DNA of 64,000 nucleotides from a virus. Its lineage: Duplodnaviria; Caudoviricetes. The translations under genes and the position numbers were made by a program. The DNA lies in the IMG/VR virus record IMGVR_UViG_3300030330_005091, positions 1 through 64,000 of that record; one strand, written 5' to 3'. Every line of letters starts with the position of its first letter. Within the stretch, counting starts at the first letter, position 1. Of this stretch, positions 11,101 through 21,462 are shown piece by piece. The notes beneath the pieces were generated by a model, which was not told the DNA's origin, made no database searches, and saw only the letters and a list, made by a program, of their open reading frames with translations.

Positions 11101-14100
11101 GCACTGTTCTTTGTGCAGGATAAAAACCCTTGTAGGGATTAAATCTAATTGCACCGGTGCACGATATTCTTATTTCTTTAGCATTCAATAACGATGTGTT
11201 TTTAATTCTTAAGAAATCTTTCAAGAATTCTGAGTTTGTATATGTTGTAAAAAATGTTGGATCTTCTTCACTGTTGGCTCCTGCAACGTGTGGAATTTCT
11301 AAATTAAGGCCAACATATCTATTTGGACTACCATCGTCAAGAAGAAAATCGTCTATGTGCTCACTGATTCTAAACTCTGGTACCACAGAGTATCCTTGTG
11401 CTTTTAGTTTTAGATCATATCTATAAGTTTCATAATCGGTAAACCATGGTTGCGATGGTGCTGATATAATGCCATAGTCTGCTTTTCTTTGCTCATATAT
11501 TGCTTCTATCTCTTTGTCTGTCAAGATAGAATTCCATATGGCAAAATCAGCCATATATCCGTCCCAGTTACGGCCAGTGGATGCTCTATCTCCAATAATA
11601 CAATCGTTAGTGCCGATACCAGAAAAACCACCGGAAGGTGTGGAACCACCAGAGCGTTCGCTATACACTTGCACTCCGTTAATATAAAATTTTGGCTCAT
11701 TGGAAGCGCTGTTTGCATCATAACTCACAGCTAAGTGAAACCAAGTGTTTTTTGTAATTGCCCTTGCTTTAGTGGTATAGATAGAAAATCCAGATCCGCC
11801 AGACCATTTTAATTGCATAAGTATTGTGTCTGTGGTATTTGAATAAACTACAATATCACCATTACTAAAACTAACGATACGCCCAAAACCACCGCCGCCG
11901 TCGCCTGTCTTAAAAAACCAGCCTCCAATAGTCATTTGTTGGGTTGAACCACCACCAGTGTTGTTTCCTATAATAGCGTCCCATGTATTACCAGTGCCAA
12001 TATCAACTGAGGCAGTGGTGAAAAACGACGCACAATTATCTTGTATGTATGGTGAGGGATTCGTTCCTGATAAAAACGTAGTGACCTCTGTAGCCGCTGG
12101 GAACGTTCCGTGTCTTCCTCTGCCACTAGAATCACGTGGGCCTGTAGCCAACGATGAGCTTTCATTAAATCTCCACCAAGCCTGTAATGAGGCCGCTGAT
12201 CGATAACCATATTCTCCATAAAGATCACGGCCATATGACCAATCTCTATCTAACGTGTAGGGATCTGTATTGCCTCTAAATTTACCTATGTAGCCAGCTT
12301 GTTGACCAGCTTCCCATTGAGCTTCGCCGCCACCAACATCAACATAACTATTAAGCGGGTCATCTCTGAATGCAAATGACGCTGATACATCTCCCGGCGT
12401 GTATGCGCCGGTAAGTTGGAAAAATGGCAACTCTGGACCGTTAGGGTTTCTAACTGAAAATCGGCTTTGCAGCACATGCTTTCTAGCATACAGAGGCCCA
12501 ATACCGCCTGCATAAGTCATAACTTGATAACCACCACGGAAACTGCCTGCAGAATCTATGGACTCTCTAGAAAAAGATCCAGTCATTAAGCCCATATAAG
12601 CATTTTGTAATTGTCCAGCTGATGCTGTTGCAAGAGTAGCAATGGGCCCTATGGACGTCCAGGTTGTATCGGTGCCAGATCCTGAATTATGAAAACATGT
12701 TTTTCTTGTTAAGAAGTCTGATGGAGCATCTAGTGGCCAACAACTTTGTGAAACATAAATACCAAATGCGTTTTCTGCTGTGTAAGATCCAGACGGCATT
12801 GTTGGTCTTTCATAAACCGTATTTACAGTGTTGCGATCAGTTCTATTTCGCCTCCAAAACAAATTGTCATAATTTACTTTATTGTTTGAGCTACTAACAA
12901 ATTCATTCTTAATCGATGGGAACAGCTGTTGATGATAAACAACCCAATTAATTTTATTTTGGCCACTTCTGGCAACCGCCATTAATTGCTCACCGGGCGT
13001 AACAAATGTATTGAAAGGCGGGGCAAATTGATTATCCATTTGAACAGAGTTATAGTATATTCTCTCATTTTCATCTGTAACTTTAAACGTGTGGGCTTGT
13101 GAGTTATTTCCAATATTAAAACTAACCATATTTGGTTTACCACGATTTGATACAGGTGCGAATTTGTGTGTTACAAGATCGTCATCGTTGCCTTGTGGGC
13201 CTACAACAGTAATTGTGTTGGTCGCTCTTTCGTTTCTAATAATTGGATGATTTGCTTGTCGAAGTGGTTTCCAGGATGGCCAGCCATAAGGTCCATTTCT
13301 ATTGAGAAGAATACTGTTTAAAATTACAGGTGTTCCTAGACGTGCAGGCCAACCGGTCTCGGTGCCAGTTTCGCCGTCAATATAAAAAGCATTTAAATAC
13401 GGCTTTTCTGTAGTTGTATATGGTTCAATGTGGCTATCGGCTGTTCTTACTTTTGTAGGGTATCCAAGTGTGTTAGAAGATGCTGTAATTGGTTCATAAA
13501 TAATCGTGTTTAAACCAACAAAGTCAACCGGCAGATGTTGAACTCTATCTGCATCACCATCAAGCCGTTCTTGATTAGAGCCAAAGAAGACCTTGTCGGT
13601 GGATATTTTATAGTAAGTTCCGTAGTCACTAGCACTAGCAAAGTTATAAACTGGAACATATTTATCACCTTGAGAACTGGAAAAAAGCTTTGATTGTTTA
13701 ACTAAAAAGTCTTTAGGTGTAAAGCCAACCCAGCCATTATCTGATTCTAAAGATGATTTAATCCATGAATATTGTTTTGATGAGCGAGGAATTTGATGTT
13801 GAACATAGAAGTTGTCGAATGTTCCCTTGTCACAAACACCCTGTATCACAGTTGTGGATGAGCCACAGCCAGCCTTAACATCAGTTATAAAGAAGCTGTC
13901 ATTGTTTATTCCATTGGTAGTTAACGGAACGCCCTTGAAAGCGTTCTTGAACCCTTGAATTCTATTACTGGCGTCAAATATTCCAGGGTTTGCATTATTA
14001 ATATTTGCTTGACTATCACCACCACGAGCTTCAAACCTAATCCAATCCCATAAATCTACGGTAGCAGACGTATATGTAGTTGATGCAGTTACATCGCACG

Positions 14101-17100
14101 GTGTTCCGCTGTTGTAAAGTTCTTGTGCTTCAGTTGAATCTAATGGTTTAGTCCAAAAAGTATACTCATCAATGGATGCCGACAAAATTTCGCCACCATT
14201 TGCCAAACCACCCAGCAACATCATACTTGTGCCTGCTACATCAATAGACGCATGTGATCTTAAGTTATGTATAAAGTTTGCATCACCATCATAAAATGCA
14301 TAATCACTACCAGCATCAAGCGCTACAGATTGTGAAACACCATTAACATATATTGTAAGATTTCTCTTTGCAGCAGTTGTATTTAAGCTACCGTCTGCTA
14401 TCTGTGTCCAGGAAACAACATAATGATTCCAATCAGCGCGCAGATCAGCACCGGAAGTCCAGGTCCACTCAAGTCTAGACCCATCTGACGCACTATTACC
14501 AGTTTGTTGCGTAGCTAATTTAACTTTTATCTTGTATGCTCCGGATTCATAAATTTTTGAAATTTGGAAAAAAGAACCTGATATTCCTGGATTTGCTTTC
14601 GCGCCTCCATAAGTTCCAATTTGAACAATAGCTTCACTCTGATTAGTTTTTTGTGCACCAAACTTAATCCAGCCAGACCAGGAGAAGCCCTCCGAGGAAT
14701 TATCTTGAATAGCTGTTCTAAGATCTGAAGTGGCAGTTGTATCACTGTTCCATATTGTTGCTAGCCTGTTAACGTCTGGGTCGTAAGAGAAGCCCTGAGT
14801 GTTAGTGAGCCTGTTACCTGCTGCCCACGTTGTATAGTCACAAAGCTCCTTACGGGTGAGGTTGTTACGATGAACTTTGTGGAAACCTGGTAATTCTTCG
14901 TAGGAAACTCCCGGATTAGTTTCAAAGAGCGAATCTCTACCAAACCTAGCGGTATGTCTAGATAAGTGAGATGTAAGTCCGTAATCTTTTCCGTGTATAT
15001 CATATACTTGAATATTTGTTGTATCCCCAAGTGTTGCTGGTGTTGATATGGTTCCAGATGATGCTTGCCATGGTTTTCTGACTGATAAATTTCTGTTATT
15101 AAGACCGTTGTATACTGAAAACTCTGAGGATCTGAAGTCTTGATAACCCTTAGTAAGTGTTTCAATTCCGCCTGGGGCTGAGAATCTGTTAATGATGACA
15201 GATTTATTCATATTACCAGTTAAGTATGCTGTGCTATATTCGTCAACATTGGTATTGTGGCCATTAGTTTGTCTGTGCATGTCTAAAAATGTTCTAACAA
15301 ACATGGAAGATGTAGCATTGTTTACAAATACTCTTTGTGGTAAATTGGGTTGTTGATCTACAAAATGTCTTGGGTTATTAAACGCGCCAACTGTTTGAAC
15401 ATACTGATAAGTTTCGGAGTAGTTACCAAGAATAGTAGAACCAGTTGTTAAGCGAATATTTTTTATATTTACCGGCCGCTTGGCAGTCATATCTCTGTAG
15501 TAAACTGCTTTTTGGTGTGGTCTATACGGATAAGCTGCTGACCCTGAAAGGCCTGTGCTTGGATCTGGATAGTCGGGCCCGACAAGTCCTATTGCTCCTG
15601 ATGGTATTCCTGGGCAAGTTCCCAATAATATTCTCCACGCCTCTGGACGAGTCGTAGAAGAATCTGAGCCCTTGTTAAGTTTTATGTGTCTGGATTGGTG
15701 GCCACCGACTGCATAATTTGTAAACGGACCCTGCATCGGGACTTCCATGTCTGGGCCATATACATCGTTATGTAAGTTTGTCAACATAATTGACGCGCTA
15801 ATTCTATCTGCAACTTGTCTTTGGTAACCAGTCGATATGGATGAACTAATTATGTTAAAGGGAAACGAGATTGTGGACTTGGCATTACTATAGCCTTGTC
15901 CCTCTTCGTAATCTCGACCACTCAAAACTTTTAGATATCTTTTTGTTTTTTCAGTAACAAGTTTTGGATCATTATTAACTTCTTCTTTTACCAAATCTTC
16001 CATAAATGATAATAAAACATTTAATGGAACATAAAGGCTACCAGATGTATTGATTGGCCCAACAGGGTGCACTGAATTATAAATGAAGTGAATATTTTTG
16101 CTGTCTTCAAAGTTAACTCCGCCTTTTATTGGCTTTATAACATTAACTGTTTCTGAGAAGTTTTTAATAAAGTTTCTTCTAGCATATGAAGTTTGTAAAT
16201 ATCCAGTGGACGTAGCGGAATCAAACAGTGTTGAGGCACTTCTACTAAGGTGTGGATTTGAATTAATAATTTTACGATATATTTCTCTTTGGCTGTCAAT
16301 AGTGGCATCGCCTGACGTAATTTCTGATGCGTTTCTTTCAGCGCGGCGCTTCCAATATTCTATATTTTTAGTGGTGTCGCGAGGTGAACTAGGAACTGTT
16401 GATCGACCTAAACGATATAAATATGATTTTTCAGTGTAACCGTGAGTTGCACTTTCGACTACCGGATCTCTTGCTTCTAGTGTAGGGAATTTGGTTTCAT
16501 ATTTGTTTCGCTCTAATGTATGACTTTCAACAACATTAAGGACATCCTCAACAAAATCGGCTGAAGCAGGAACTAATTGAGAAAGTATTGTGCTTATAGC
16601 ATCATCAAACCATTTATAATATTCTACATATTTTTCAACTTCAGATGTAGTTGTTACTCTCTCAAAAAATGATTGACGTAATTTTTCAAGAGCTTTGTAT
16701 CTGCTTCTATATCGGTTAACTGGTTCTCCAATAACGTTATTAAAGTCGACGGCGCCGGCGAAGAAGTTAACCATTTCTTCTGATATTGCAGCATACATGC
16801 TTTTTTCTACGGTAAACACGTAGTTAGGTAATGTTTCGTAAAATTCTAAAACCTCATCATCTTCAGATAAGATATTAATCATATTGGTTGCCGCGGCTTG
16901 TTCTGGATCAACAAACGAGAATGAACTAATTCGTTCTTTATTGGCAACCGTATTTGAAGACTGAGCGAACCCAAAACCCTTTGCGTTGTGTTGATAACCA
17001 ACAATTTTACCAAGCCAGCCATAATTTTGTCTTAATGAGTAAGAGCCTGAACTGTAATCATTGACAGTGAAAGTTCCCGTAGCAGTTGATGCTGTTACAT

Positions 17101-19927
17101 TATCAAAGTTCCAACTGAGCGCTAGCGTATTTTTATTAGTTAATTCTGTGTTAGCAGAAGTCCCTATGAATGGATCTATCGGGCGCATCATTCTATAAGA
17201 GTCTGTCACGCCTACATTTTCTTCTCCGTGAGCGTGTAACTCAAGAGATGTATTATCAAGATATTTTGTCCAGTAACGACAAGCTAATGCAAGAACATCA
17301 GTTTTTTGTTGTATGGCTCCGGTTATATTTTCTCTTCTCGCACCGACATACATTCTCTTAGGTGCTCTCAAGAAGGCAGCACCAACAGTATTTGTTAATG
17401 TGCCTGTCAGTTCAAATGAATTTTTTACAACGCCTAGGTCAGCATTCACGCCTTTAAAAATAACATCATAGCTATTACTTAGCGAGCCACTAACCATACC
17501 AGCGTTTGGATAGTCTTTTGGTTTAATTCTGACTGATATATTCCATCTTGACTCATCATAAACATCAAAGTATACACTACTTGTCAATTCAGGAAGCGGG
17601 TATGGGCTGTTAGAAGAAGTTAATTTAAAATATACATTATCTGAAAATGCTTCATCTCTGACTGCAAACACCTGGAAGTTTGCGTAATCAACCCCACCAG
17701 CTAATAATTTTGTATCAACACCTGTGAGTGAGTCAGCTGAGCCAGTGTCTACTGTGTGTATACCAAAGAGCGAAACATCTTGGAAGTTTCTAGCAAACTT
17801 ATCTTTGCTTAGAAAAAACCTTGGAAACATTATATCCGCTTCTATTGTAGCACCATTGTATTCTTCTGGCCCAGTTGCTGAACCATCGCCAGTTGAACCA
17901 GATATATACCCACGAGATTCTGGGTTAGTAGAGTCAGCAGCTTGATATACTACAGCCTCTGTATTATACGCATTATTGAAATTAATCATTGATTTTTCAA
18001 TTACTGCTTGTTTCAGATTTGTTTTTACTTCATATGTGGCATTCTTATTATAGACGTTCATTTTGATCAAAGAGTCGTCTATGTTAAAGCATCTAAAAAC
18101 ATTTCTAATTGATTTTTCTGTTCCCTTTGATTTATATATGTTTGTAATATTGTTGTATAAATTTAGATAAATTAGGTTTTTAATTTCATTAAGTTTGCTT
18201 TCGAATAGTTCCGTATCTGTTCTATCATAAAGATTTTCTAATATTGATGCATCAACAAACAATTCAGGCACATATAGACCCATTGATGTTGGCATGTGCG
18301 ATGCAAATGGAACGGGCGAGTTTGATGCAGTTGTGTAATTTAAGTGCCTGATTTTTGGTAATTCTTTTCCTAAAAGATATATTTTATCAAAATAGGTTCC
18401 AACAATATGAGATAAGTTTTTAAGATTTTTATTTTCAGTATTATCATGTGCATCGAGAACCCAAGATGGGGCATAATTTAAAAATGCTGCATTGTTGCTC
18501 ATATCATAAGATGAGCCGGTTTCATATAAATCAGACCGAAGTTGTATAAAATTAGGGTGGTTTCGTCTAACAACAGGATCTTTATATTCTCTTTCAGCAG
18601 CAGATGCTAAAATTATGGCAGATCCTGTATTTCTTGAACTTGTATCATATCCAGTCCAAACGGCATTAGTAACTCGACCTGCATAATCTAAAACAATACT
18701 GTCAACACTGCTGTTGTTAGTAATGCCTTCATTGAATTTATAGTAAACACCCAAGTCAGCATTTGATATGTCGGTATTTGCTCCACCACCAACCGCGGTA
18801 AAATAGTTTATTCCAATTTGTCTTGCGTTTCTGTTGGTTTTCCAAAATCTAAAATCATCTATAGACGCACTAAGTGTTCCATCCCCCGCTATAGCGCTTG
18901 AGCCTGACGGGCTTGTCATCAATGCACCAATACGACCAAGCATGGTGGAGTTAGATATTTCTCCTAATCTTCTAGAACTATATGTTTTTGTATCGTTAAT
19001 CTTACCATCTACATATAATTTAGCCATAAAGCTGCTACCAGAATTATAAAATCTAAAGGCGTAGTGGTGCCAAGCTTCAAGCGAGCCTGTGGTTATAGAT
19101 GAACCAATCGATTGTGCAAATATAGAGCTTGATACTGTTCCTGACTGTGCTGTGATTGTAAATGGGCTACCAGTGGCGGCTCCAGTAAGCTCGATAGTGA
19201 GCCTTCCGTAAGAGGTCGACGAAGATAAGTTACTGTTCCAAAGATCAAATATAACTTCTTTTGAAGTCGAAGCAGTTAAGAAAGATTGCTTCTTAAGCCA
19301 AAACTCAACAGTAACACCAGTATCAAAATTAGACTTTAAATTCGATTCTCTAGTGCCAGTCCCATAATCACTTGGCAGGCCGGCCGTTTTGTAAATTGTT
19401 TTGTCATATATGTTAGAAACTTGTTTTTTATTATTAAACGGGTTTGGGCTTATGGCCGACAAGGTTCCACCAGAACCGGTTCCTGGGCCACCCTTAAAGG
19501 ATATATATTCTGTTGAGGCTGCGGCAGGGCGACCATAACCATCTGCTGTTTTTAGTGAATAAGTTACACCATTAGCGCCTAAAATAGCAAACCCGTTGTA
19601 TCTTGGATACAAATTATCAAAAATGTATTTTTCGCCATCAAATAATTTATTATAAAACTCGTTTCTCTCAGCCTCAGAACCATCATAAGGATAGTAATCA
19701 ATTATCCTATTTAATGCACCACTATAAAAAAGTTCTGCGGAACCAAATTTAATAAAATTCTTTGGCTCTGAATAATCAACTTGTGGAACATATGTTCTTT
19801 TTTCTTGCTGTATCGATTCTGCGTTTCTTGAAGATTCTACTTCATCAAAAGTTTCCTTATCAGTAGAATAGTCCGAAAAATTTCTAGAATCCTTACGGCT
19901 TTTATCGAATAGCTTTTTTATACTCAT
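8117..19927 (-). CDS. Giant virion protein (3936 aa) with several LamG/concanavalin-A-like domains
   Basis: Repeated LamG signatures (TVEFWLK...WHHYAF...LYVDG...IDDFRFW; SWSGWIK...WNHYVVSW...IYVNG...IDEYTFW; WFHLAVSYD...FYING...MADFAIWNSIL); basic then Gly-rich C-terminus. Confidence 0.85.
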   Translation of the reverse strand: MSIKKLFDKSRKDSRNFSDYSTDKETFDEVESSRNAESIQQEKRTYVPQVDYSEPKNFIKFGSAELFYSGALNRIIDYYPYDGSEAERNEFYNKLFDGEKYIFDNLYPRYNGFAILGANGVTYSLKTADGYGRPAAASTEYISFKGGPGTGSGGTLSAISPNPFNNKKQVSNIYDKTIYKTAGLPSDYGTGTRESNLKSNFDTGVTVEFWLKKQSFLTASTSKEVIFDLWNSNLSSSTSYGRLTIELTGAATGSPFTITAQSGTVSSSIFAQSIGSSITTGSLEAWHHYAFRFYNSGSSFMAKLYVDGKINDTKTYSSRRLGEISNSTMLGRIGALMTSPSGSSAIAGDGTLSASIDDFRFWKTNRNARQIGINYFTAVGGGANTDISNADLGVYYKFNEGITNNSSVDSIVLDYAGRVTNAVWTGYDTSSRNTGSAIILASAAEREYKDPVVRRNHPNFIQLRSDLYETGSSYDMSNNAAFLNYAPSWVLDAHDNTENKNLKNLSHIVGTYFDKIYLLGKELPKIRHLNYTTASNSPVPFASHMPTSMGLYVPELFVDASILENLYDRTDTELFESKLNEIKNLIYLNLYNNITNIYKSKGTEKSIRNVFRCFNIDDSLIKMNVYNKNATYEVKTNLKQAVIEKSMINFNNAYNTEAVVYQAADSTNPESRGYISGSTGDGSATGPEEYNGATIEADIMFPRFFLSKDKFARNFQDVSLFGIHTVDTGSADSLTGVDTKLLAGGVDYANFQVFAVRDEAFSDNVYFKLTSSNSPYPLPELTSSVYFDVYDESRWNISVRIKPKDYPNAGMVSGSLSNSYDVIFKGVNADLGVVKNSFELTGTLTNTVGAAFLRAPKRMYVGARRENITGAIQQKTDVLALACRYWTKYLDNTSLELHAHGEENVGVTDSYRMMRPIDPFIGTSANTELTNKNTLALSWNFDNVTASTATGTFTVNDYSSGSYSLRQNYGWLGKIVGYQHNAKGFGFAQSSNTVANKERISSFSFVDPEQAAATNMINILSEDDEVLEFYETLPNYVFTVEKSMYAAISEEMVNFFAGAVDFNNVIGEPVNRYRSRYKALEKLRQSFFERVTTTSEVEKYVEYYKWFDDAISTILSQLVPASADFVEDVLNVVESHTLERNKYETKFPTLEARDPVVESATHGYTEKSYLYRLGRSTVPSSPRDTTKNIEYWKRRAERNASEITSGDATIDSQREIYRKIINSNPHLSRSASTLFDSATSTGYLQTSYARRNFIKNFSETVNVIKPIKGGVNFEDSKNIHFIYNSVHPVGPINTSGSLYVPLNVLLSFMEDLVKEEVNNDPKLVTEKTKRYLKVLSGRDYEEGQGYSNAKSTISFPFNIISSSISTGYQRQVADRISASIMLTNLHNDVYGPDMEVPMQGPFTNYAVGGHQSRHIKLNKGSDSSTTRPEAWRILLGTCPGIPSGAIGLVGPDYPDPSTGLSGSAAYPYRPHQKAVYYRDMTAKRPVNIKNIRLTTGSTILGNYSETYQYVQTVGAFNNPRHFVDQQPNLPQRVFVNNATSSMFVRTFLDMHRQTNGHNTNVDEYSTAYLTGNMNKSVIINRFSAPGGIETLTKGYQDFRSSEFSVYNGLNNRNLSVRKPWQASSGTISTPATLGDTTNIQVYDIHGKDYGLTSHLSRHTARFGRDSLFETNPGVSYEELPGFHKVHRNNLTRKELCDYTTWAAGNRLTNTQGFSYDPDVNRLATIWNSDTTATSDLRTAIQDNSSEGFSWSGWIKFGAQKTNQSEAIVQIGTYGGAKANPGISGSFFQISKIYESGAYKIKVKLATQQTGNSASDGSRLEWTWTSGADLRADWNHYVVSWTQIADGSLNTTAAKRNLTIYVNGVSQSVALDAGSDYAFYDGDANFIHNLRSHASIDVAGTSMMLLGGLANGGEILSASIDEYTFWTKPLDSTEAQELYNSGTPCDVTASTTYTSATVDLWDWIRFEARGGDSQANINNANPGIFDASNRIQGFKNAFKGVPLTTNGINNDSFFITDVKAGCGSSTTVIQGVCDKGTFDNFYVQHQIPRSSKQYSWIKSSLESDNGWVGFTPKDFLVKQSKLFSSSQGDKYVPVYNFASASDYGTYYKISTDKVFFGSNQERLDGDADRVQHLPVDFVGLNTIIYEPITASSNTLGYPTKVRTADSHIEPYTTTEKPYLNAFYIDGETGTETGWPARLGTPVILNSILLNRNGPYGWPSWKPLRQANHPIIRNERATNTITVVGPQGNDDDLVTHKFAPVSNRGKPNMVSFNIGNNSQAHTFKVTDENERIYYNSVQMDNQFAPPFNTFVTPGEQLMAVARSGQNKINWVVYHQQLFPSIKNEFVSSSNNKVNYDNLFWRRNRTDRNTVNTVYERPTMPSGSYTAENAFGIYVSQSCWPLDAPSDFLTRKTCFHNSGSGTDTTWTSIGPIATLATASAGQLQNAYMGLMTGSFSRESIDSAGSFRGGYQVMTYAGGIGPLYARKHVLQSRFSVRNPNGPELPFFQLTGAYTPGDVSASFAFRDDPLNSYVDVGGGEAQWEAGQQAGYIGKFRGNTDPYTLDRDWSYGRDLYGEYGYRSAASLQAWWRFNESSSLATGPRDSSGRGRHGTFPAATEVTTFLSGTNPSPYIQDNCASFFTTASVDIGTGNTWDAIIGNNTGGGSTQQMTIGGWFFKTGDGGGGFGRIVSFSNGDIVVYSNTTDTILMQLKWSGGSGFSIYTTKARAITKNTWFHLAVSYDANSASNEPKFYINGVQVYSERSGGSTPSGGFSGIGTNDCIIGDRASTGRNWDGYMADFAIWNSILTDKEIEAIYEQRKADYGIISAPSQPWFTDYETYRYDLKLKAQGYSVVPEFRISEHIDDFLLDDGSPNRYVGLNLEIPHVAGANSEEDPTFFTTYTNSEFLKDFLRIKNTSLLNAKEIRISCTGAIRFNPYKGFYPAQRTVQMVEEFKDSYVNNMMATSPKFSGLPAYTWFPGTSSFWSVLAPGLKQFTVFGVPIGNATSKSRFLKPLTDTLFSPGILYNTIKSGMAVDYPIVTNPTKLDYQDDGRAQRTGTTYNTSASWTTTFNPAYQVTAQGALDYQPKYSFFDTRLPFETMLEPEKYLTNRSFYDMEANPYMQAHAVTASFIKNDFKNDYKKMANNFFGSVPTFFLENEEFTSIKSALNTDTFKFKGTETYMMRVVLNRSTTGPRTYEHEIDGFGRIYSNSAGVFTSSFGLYGGRPILFAGATSGGGTIPTGAAGYPIMLSGAYNIGLGAASNTPAAYYEIPQDPIYNPSFAETFTMYSRPSAFGPDLQGRPGGGAHLLVPTTPPVAAAQNVLSGLTSGALDSHVGINPAYTPPYYDGEAWVDLIFRPNSGSTYTLKDIMAETSPVCWRFDPGPRRCFVDLGGPTSGFSNALIPDYANDADGNPISYLPYGGSQINLNSMQLTSSFNLFGLEREQFVEVDKFGNVSSTRPGTTVGERWVIRTKFETPMLNFNSASVTYPHHYSQESTPKGMWHQFGKIPSSKEGVFIGIQDIPDNWLRNHYLVKDMKSIYNNFTNDGVVDYEVLSLADLVGFDTKLKQKIGKIKQKTTLREAVVAIPYIIEKPKRFDQQNDASKYRKSFIEIPKQRYEAAKNKAIGSAVGDSLQAAGASISKQIQKMERYIFPPQLDFVSNPEGAVDPFVMYIFEFKYELDKDDLSYIWQNLAPREYQKIEFQYESIAHELIDAELLNEETLEENQQLRWMVFKVKQKGQDSYWDKTDTQIAKRRDDSGSKQIASLNISQKSINDNLKMLNTYRYSHNWPYDYVSFVEMIKVNSEILFSDMPQLTQLRGEMQMADLSKSKVGTLKLQKMVNPVVAPFASSVLKFNPIGSLKGAKLSRAKKEFASKKARKMSKRTKKAGTAEMIPTSRKGGKKGKSRGSSGGGTGTDIMFGNNRGGNQGGGGSGGNSGGGSSY

Positions 19928-19938
19928 TTAATTTATCT

Positions 19939-21462
19939 CTATTTATCAACTCTAAATCTAAATTCTTGTCTTTGTTCTTTCCAAGTATTCATTCTACTAT
20001 CATAAAAGGAAAATTTAAAGATATATTCGTATCCAGGCTCTAATAAACTCATATCAAAGTCAAAATAATTTCCTGATACGTCAAATGATAGACCAGTGTG
20101 AAAATCTGAGCCGGTTCCATAAGGTATAGCTTCTAAGTTATCAAGGGCTCTTATCACTCGGTATGAAGCACTTTGGATACTGGTTGTGGCCGGATCTGTC
20201 GTTGCTTTGGTATATATTGTTGGATTCCAGTATTTATGCCTTACATACAAATTCATTCTTGCTGTTTCGTCAGATCTATATGTGTTAGCCAAATTGGTAA
20301 TATTAATATAATATATCGGCTCTTTTGTTGTGGGTCTCGTATTGAATACCAAAGGTGCAATAGAGCCTGTGCTAAACTCCAAACTACCGCTATGCCAAAC
20401 ATCATACAAAGTTGTAATTGATGAAGAATTTATGCCTATGGAACACGAATAGATTCCAGTTGAAACATAACTAGCTGTAACATTATTGTTACCATCATGC
20501 AATGACAATTTAGAGCCCGATGGTTTACTATTGTCACTAGAGCCAGAATATAAGCTAACCAATAACTTTCCGGTGCCCACAGAGGGTATATTTGTTAGTC
20601 TGCCTCTTATAAAGTTGTAAAGATATAAAGTGTTTAAGTTATCTGCTGCGGGAGCCAAGGAACTACTGAAATAAAATTCACCTCGCTCATCTCTTCGTGC
20701 ATCATCCCAGCGCGCTTCTAATGCTGGTCTTTTGAAAAAATACTGTGTTCCCCGAGCGAAAAATCTTTTAGTATAATATGATTCTTTTGCACCTGCAAGG
20801 TTATTTAATACACTTCCGCTATCTGCCCCAGCAGAGCCAGAGAAATAAGCCTCGTAGCTTGAAGATAAAAATACTCCAACACCATAATTGCTAGTCGAGC
20901 CGGCCACCCACCGCTCAACCAACTCGGTTATGTCAACTTCTAAATCCCCCAATCCTGATTCAAAAGTTTGTTCATACATTATAGAAGAAGAGTTTGTTAA
21001 ATAATCACCACCAACTTTTGTCCAGGCTGAAGAATTTGATGCTGATATCCAGTTGGCGCCGGGGCGACCTTTAGTCAAATCTTTGTATCCCTCCAAATCA
21101 AGGCCCTCACCTTCTTGCCAAGATTGCGAAACTGGTAATACTACTAATTTATAATCACGAGGAACTGTTTTTGAATGCTCAGCATTGTGCATTTTAAGAT
21201 AAAAATTAACACTACCACTCGCTGGTATTACGCCAGCGGCCCTATCTGAAACTATTTTAGAAGTAGGAAATTTTATTAAAATTCTAGACAGCTCTTGGGA
21301 TGCTGGAGATGCTGAAGAAGACTGACTTTGACGACCATATATAGAGAAGGTTTCCAATACATCAGCTTGACCAGCATTAGAGCCGGTGCCTCGAATTCTT
21401 AGATTTGGCTGATACGCGTTAACTATTGTTGTATCTATAGAAGCCGTATATCTTTTAAGCAT
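19939..21462 (-). CDS. Virion structural protein, N-terminal DNRLRE/beta-sandwich-like domain
   Basis: 507 aa; SRILIKF...YLKMHNA...PVSQSWQEG pattern seen in phage baseplate-adjacent proteins; Ser-rich. Confidence 0.65.
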   Translation of the reverse strand: MLKRYTASIDTTIVNAYQPNLRIRGTGSNAGQADVLETFSIYGRQSQSSSASPASQELSRILIKFPTSKIVSDRAAGVIPASGSVNFYLKMHNAEHSKTVPRDYKLVVLPVSQSWQEGEGLDLEGYKDLTKGRPGANWISASNSSAWTKVGGDYLTNSSSIMYEQTFESGLGDLEVDITELVERWVAGSTSNYGVGVFLSSSYEAYFSGSAGADSGSVLNNLAGAKESYYTKRFFARGTQYFFKRPALEARWDDARRDERGEFYFSSSLAPAADNLNTLYLYNFIRGRLTNIPSVGTGKLLVSLYSGSSDNSKPSGSKLSLHDGNNNVTASYVSTGIYSCSIGINSSSITTLYDVWHSGSLEFSTGSIAPLVFNTRPTTKEPIYYINITNLANTYRSDETARMNLYVRHKYWNPTIYTKATTDPATTSIQSASYRVIRALDNLEAIPYGTGSDFHTGLSFDVSGNYFDFDMSLLEPGYEYIFKFSFYDSRMNTWKEQRQEFRFRVDK

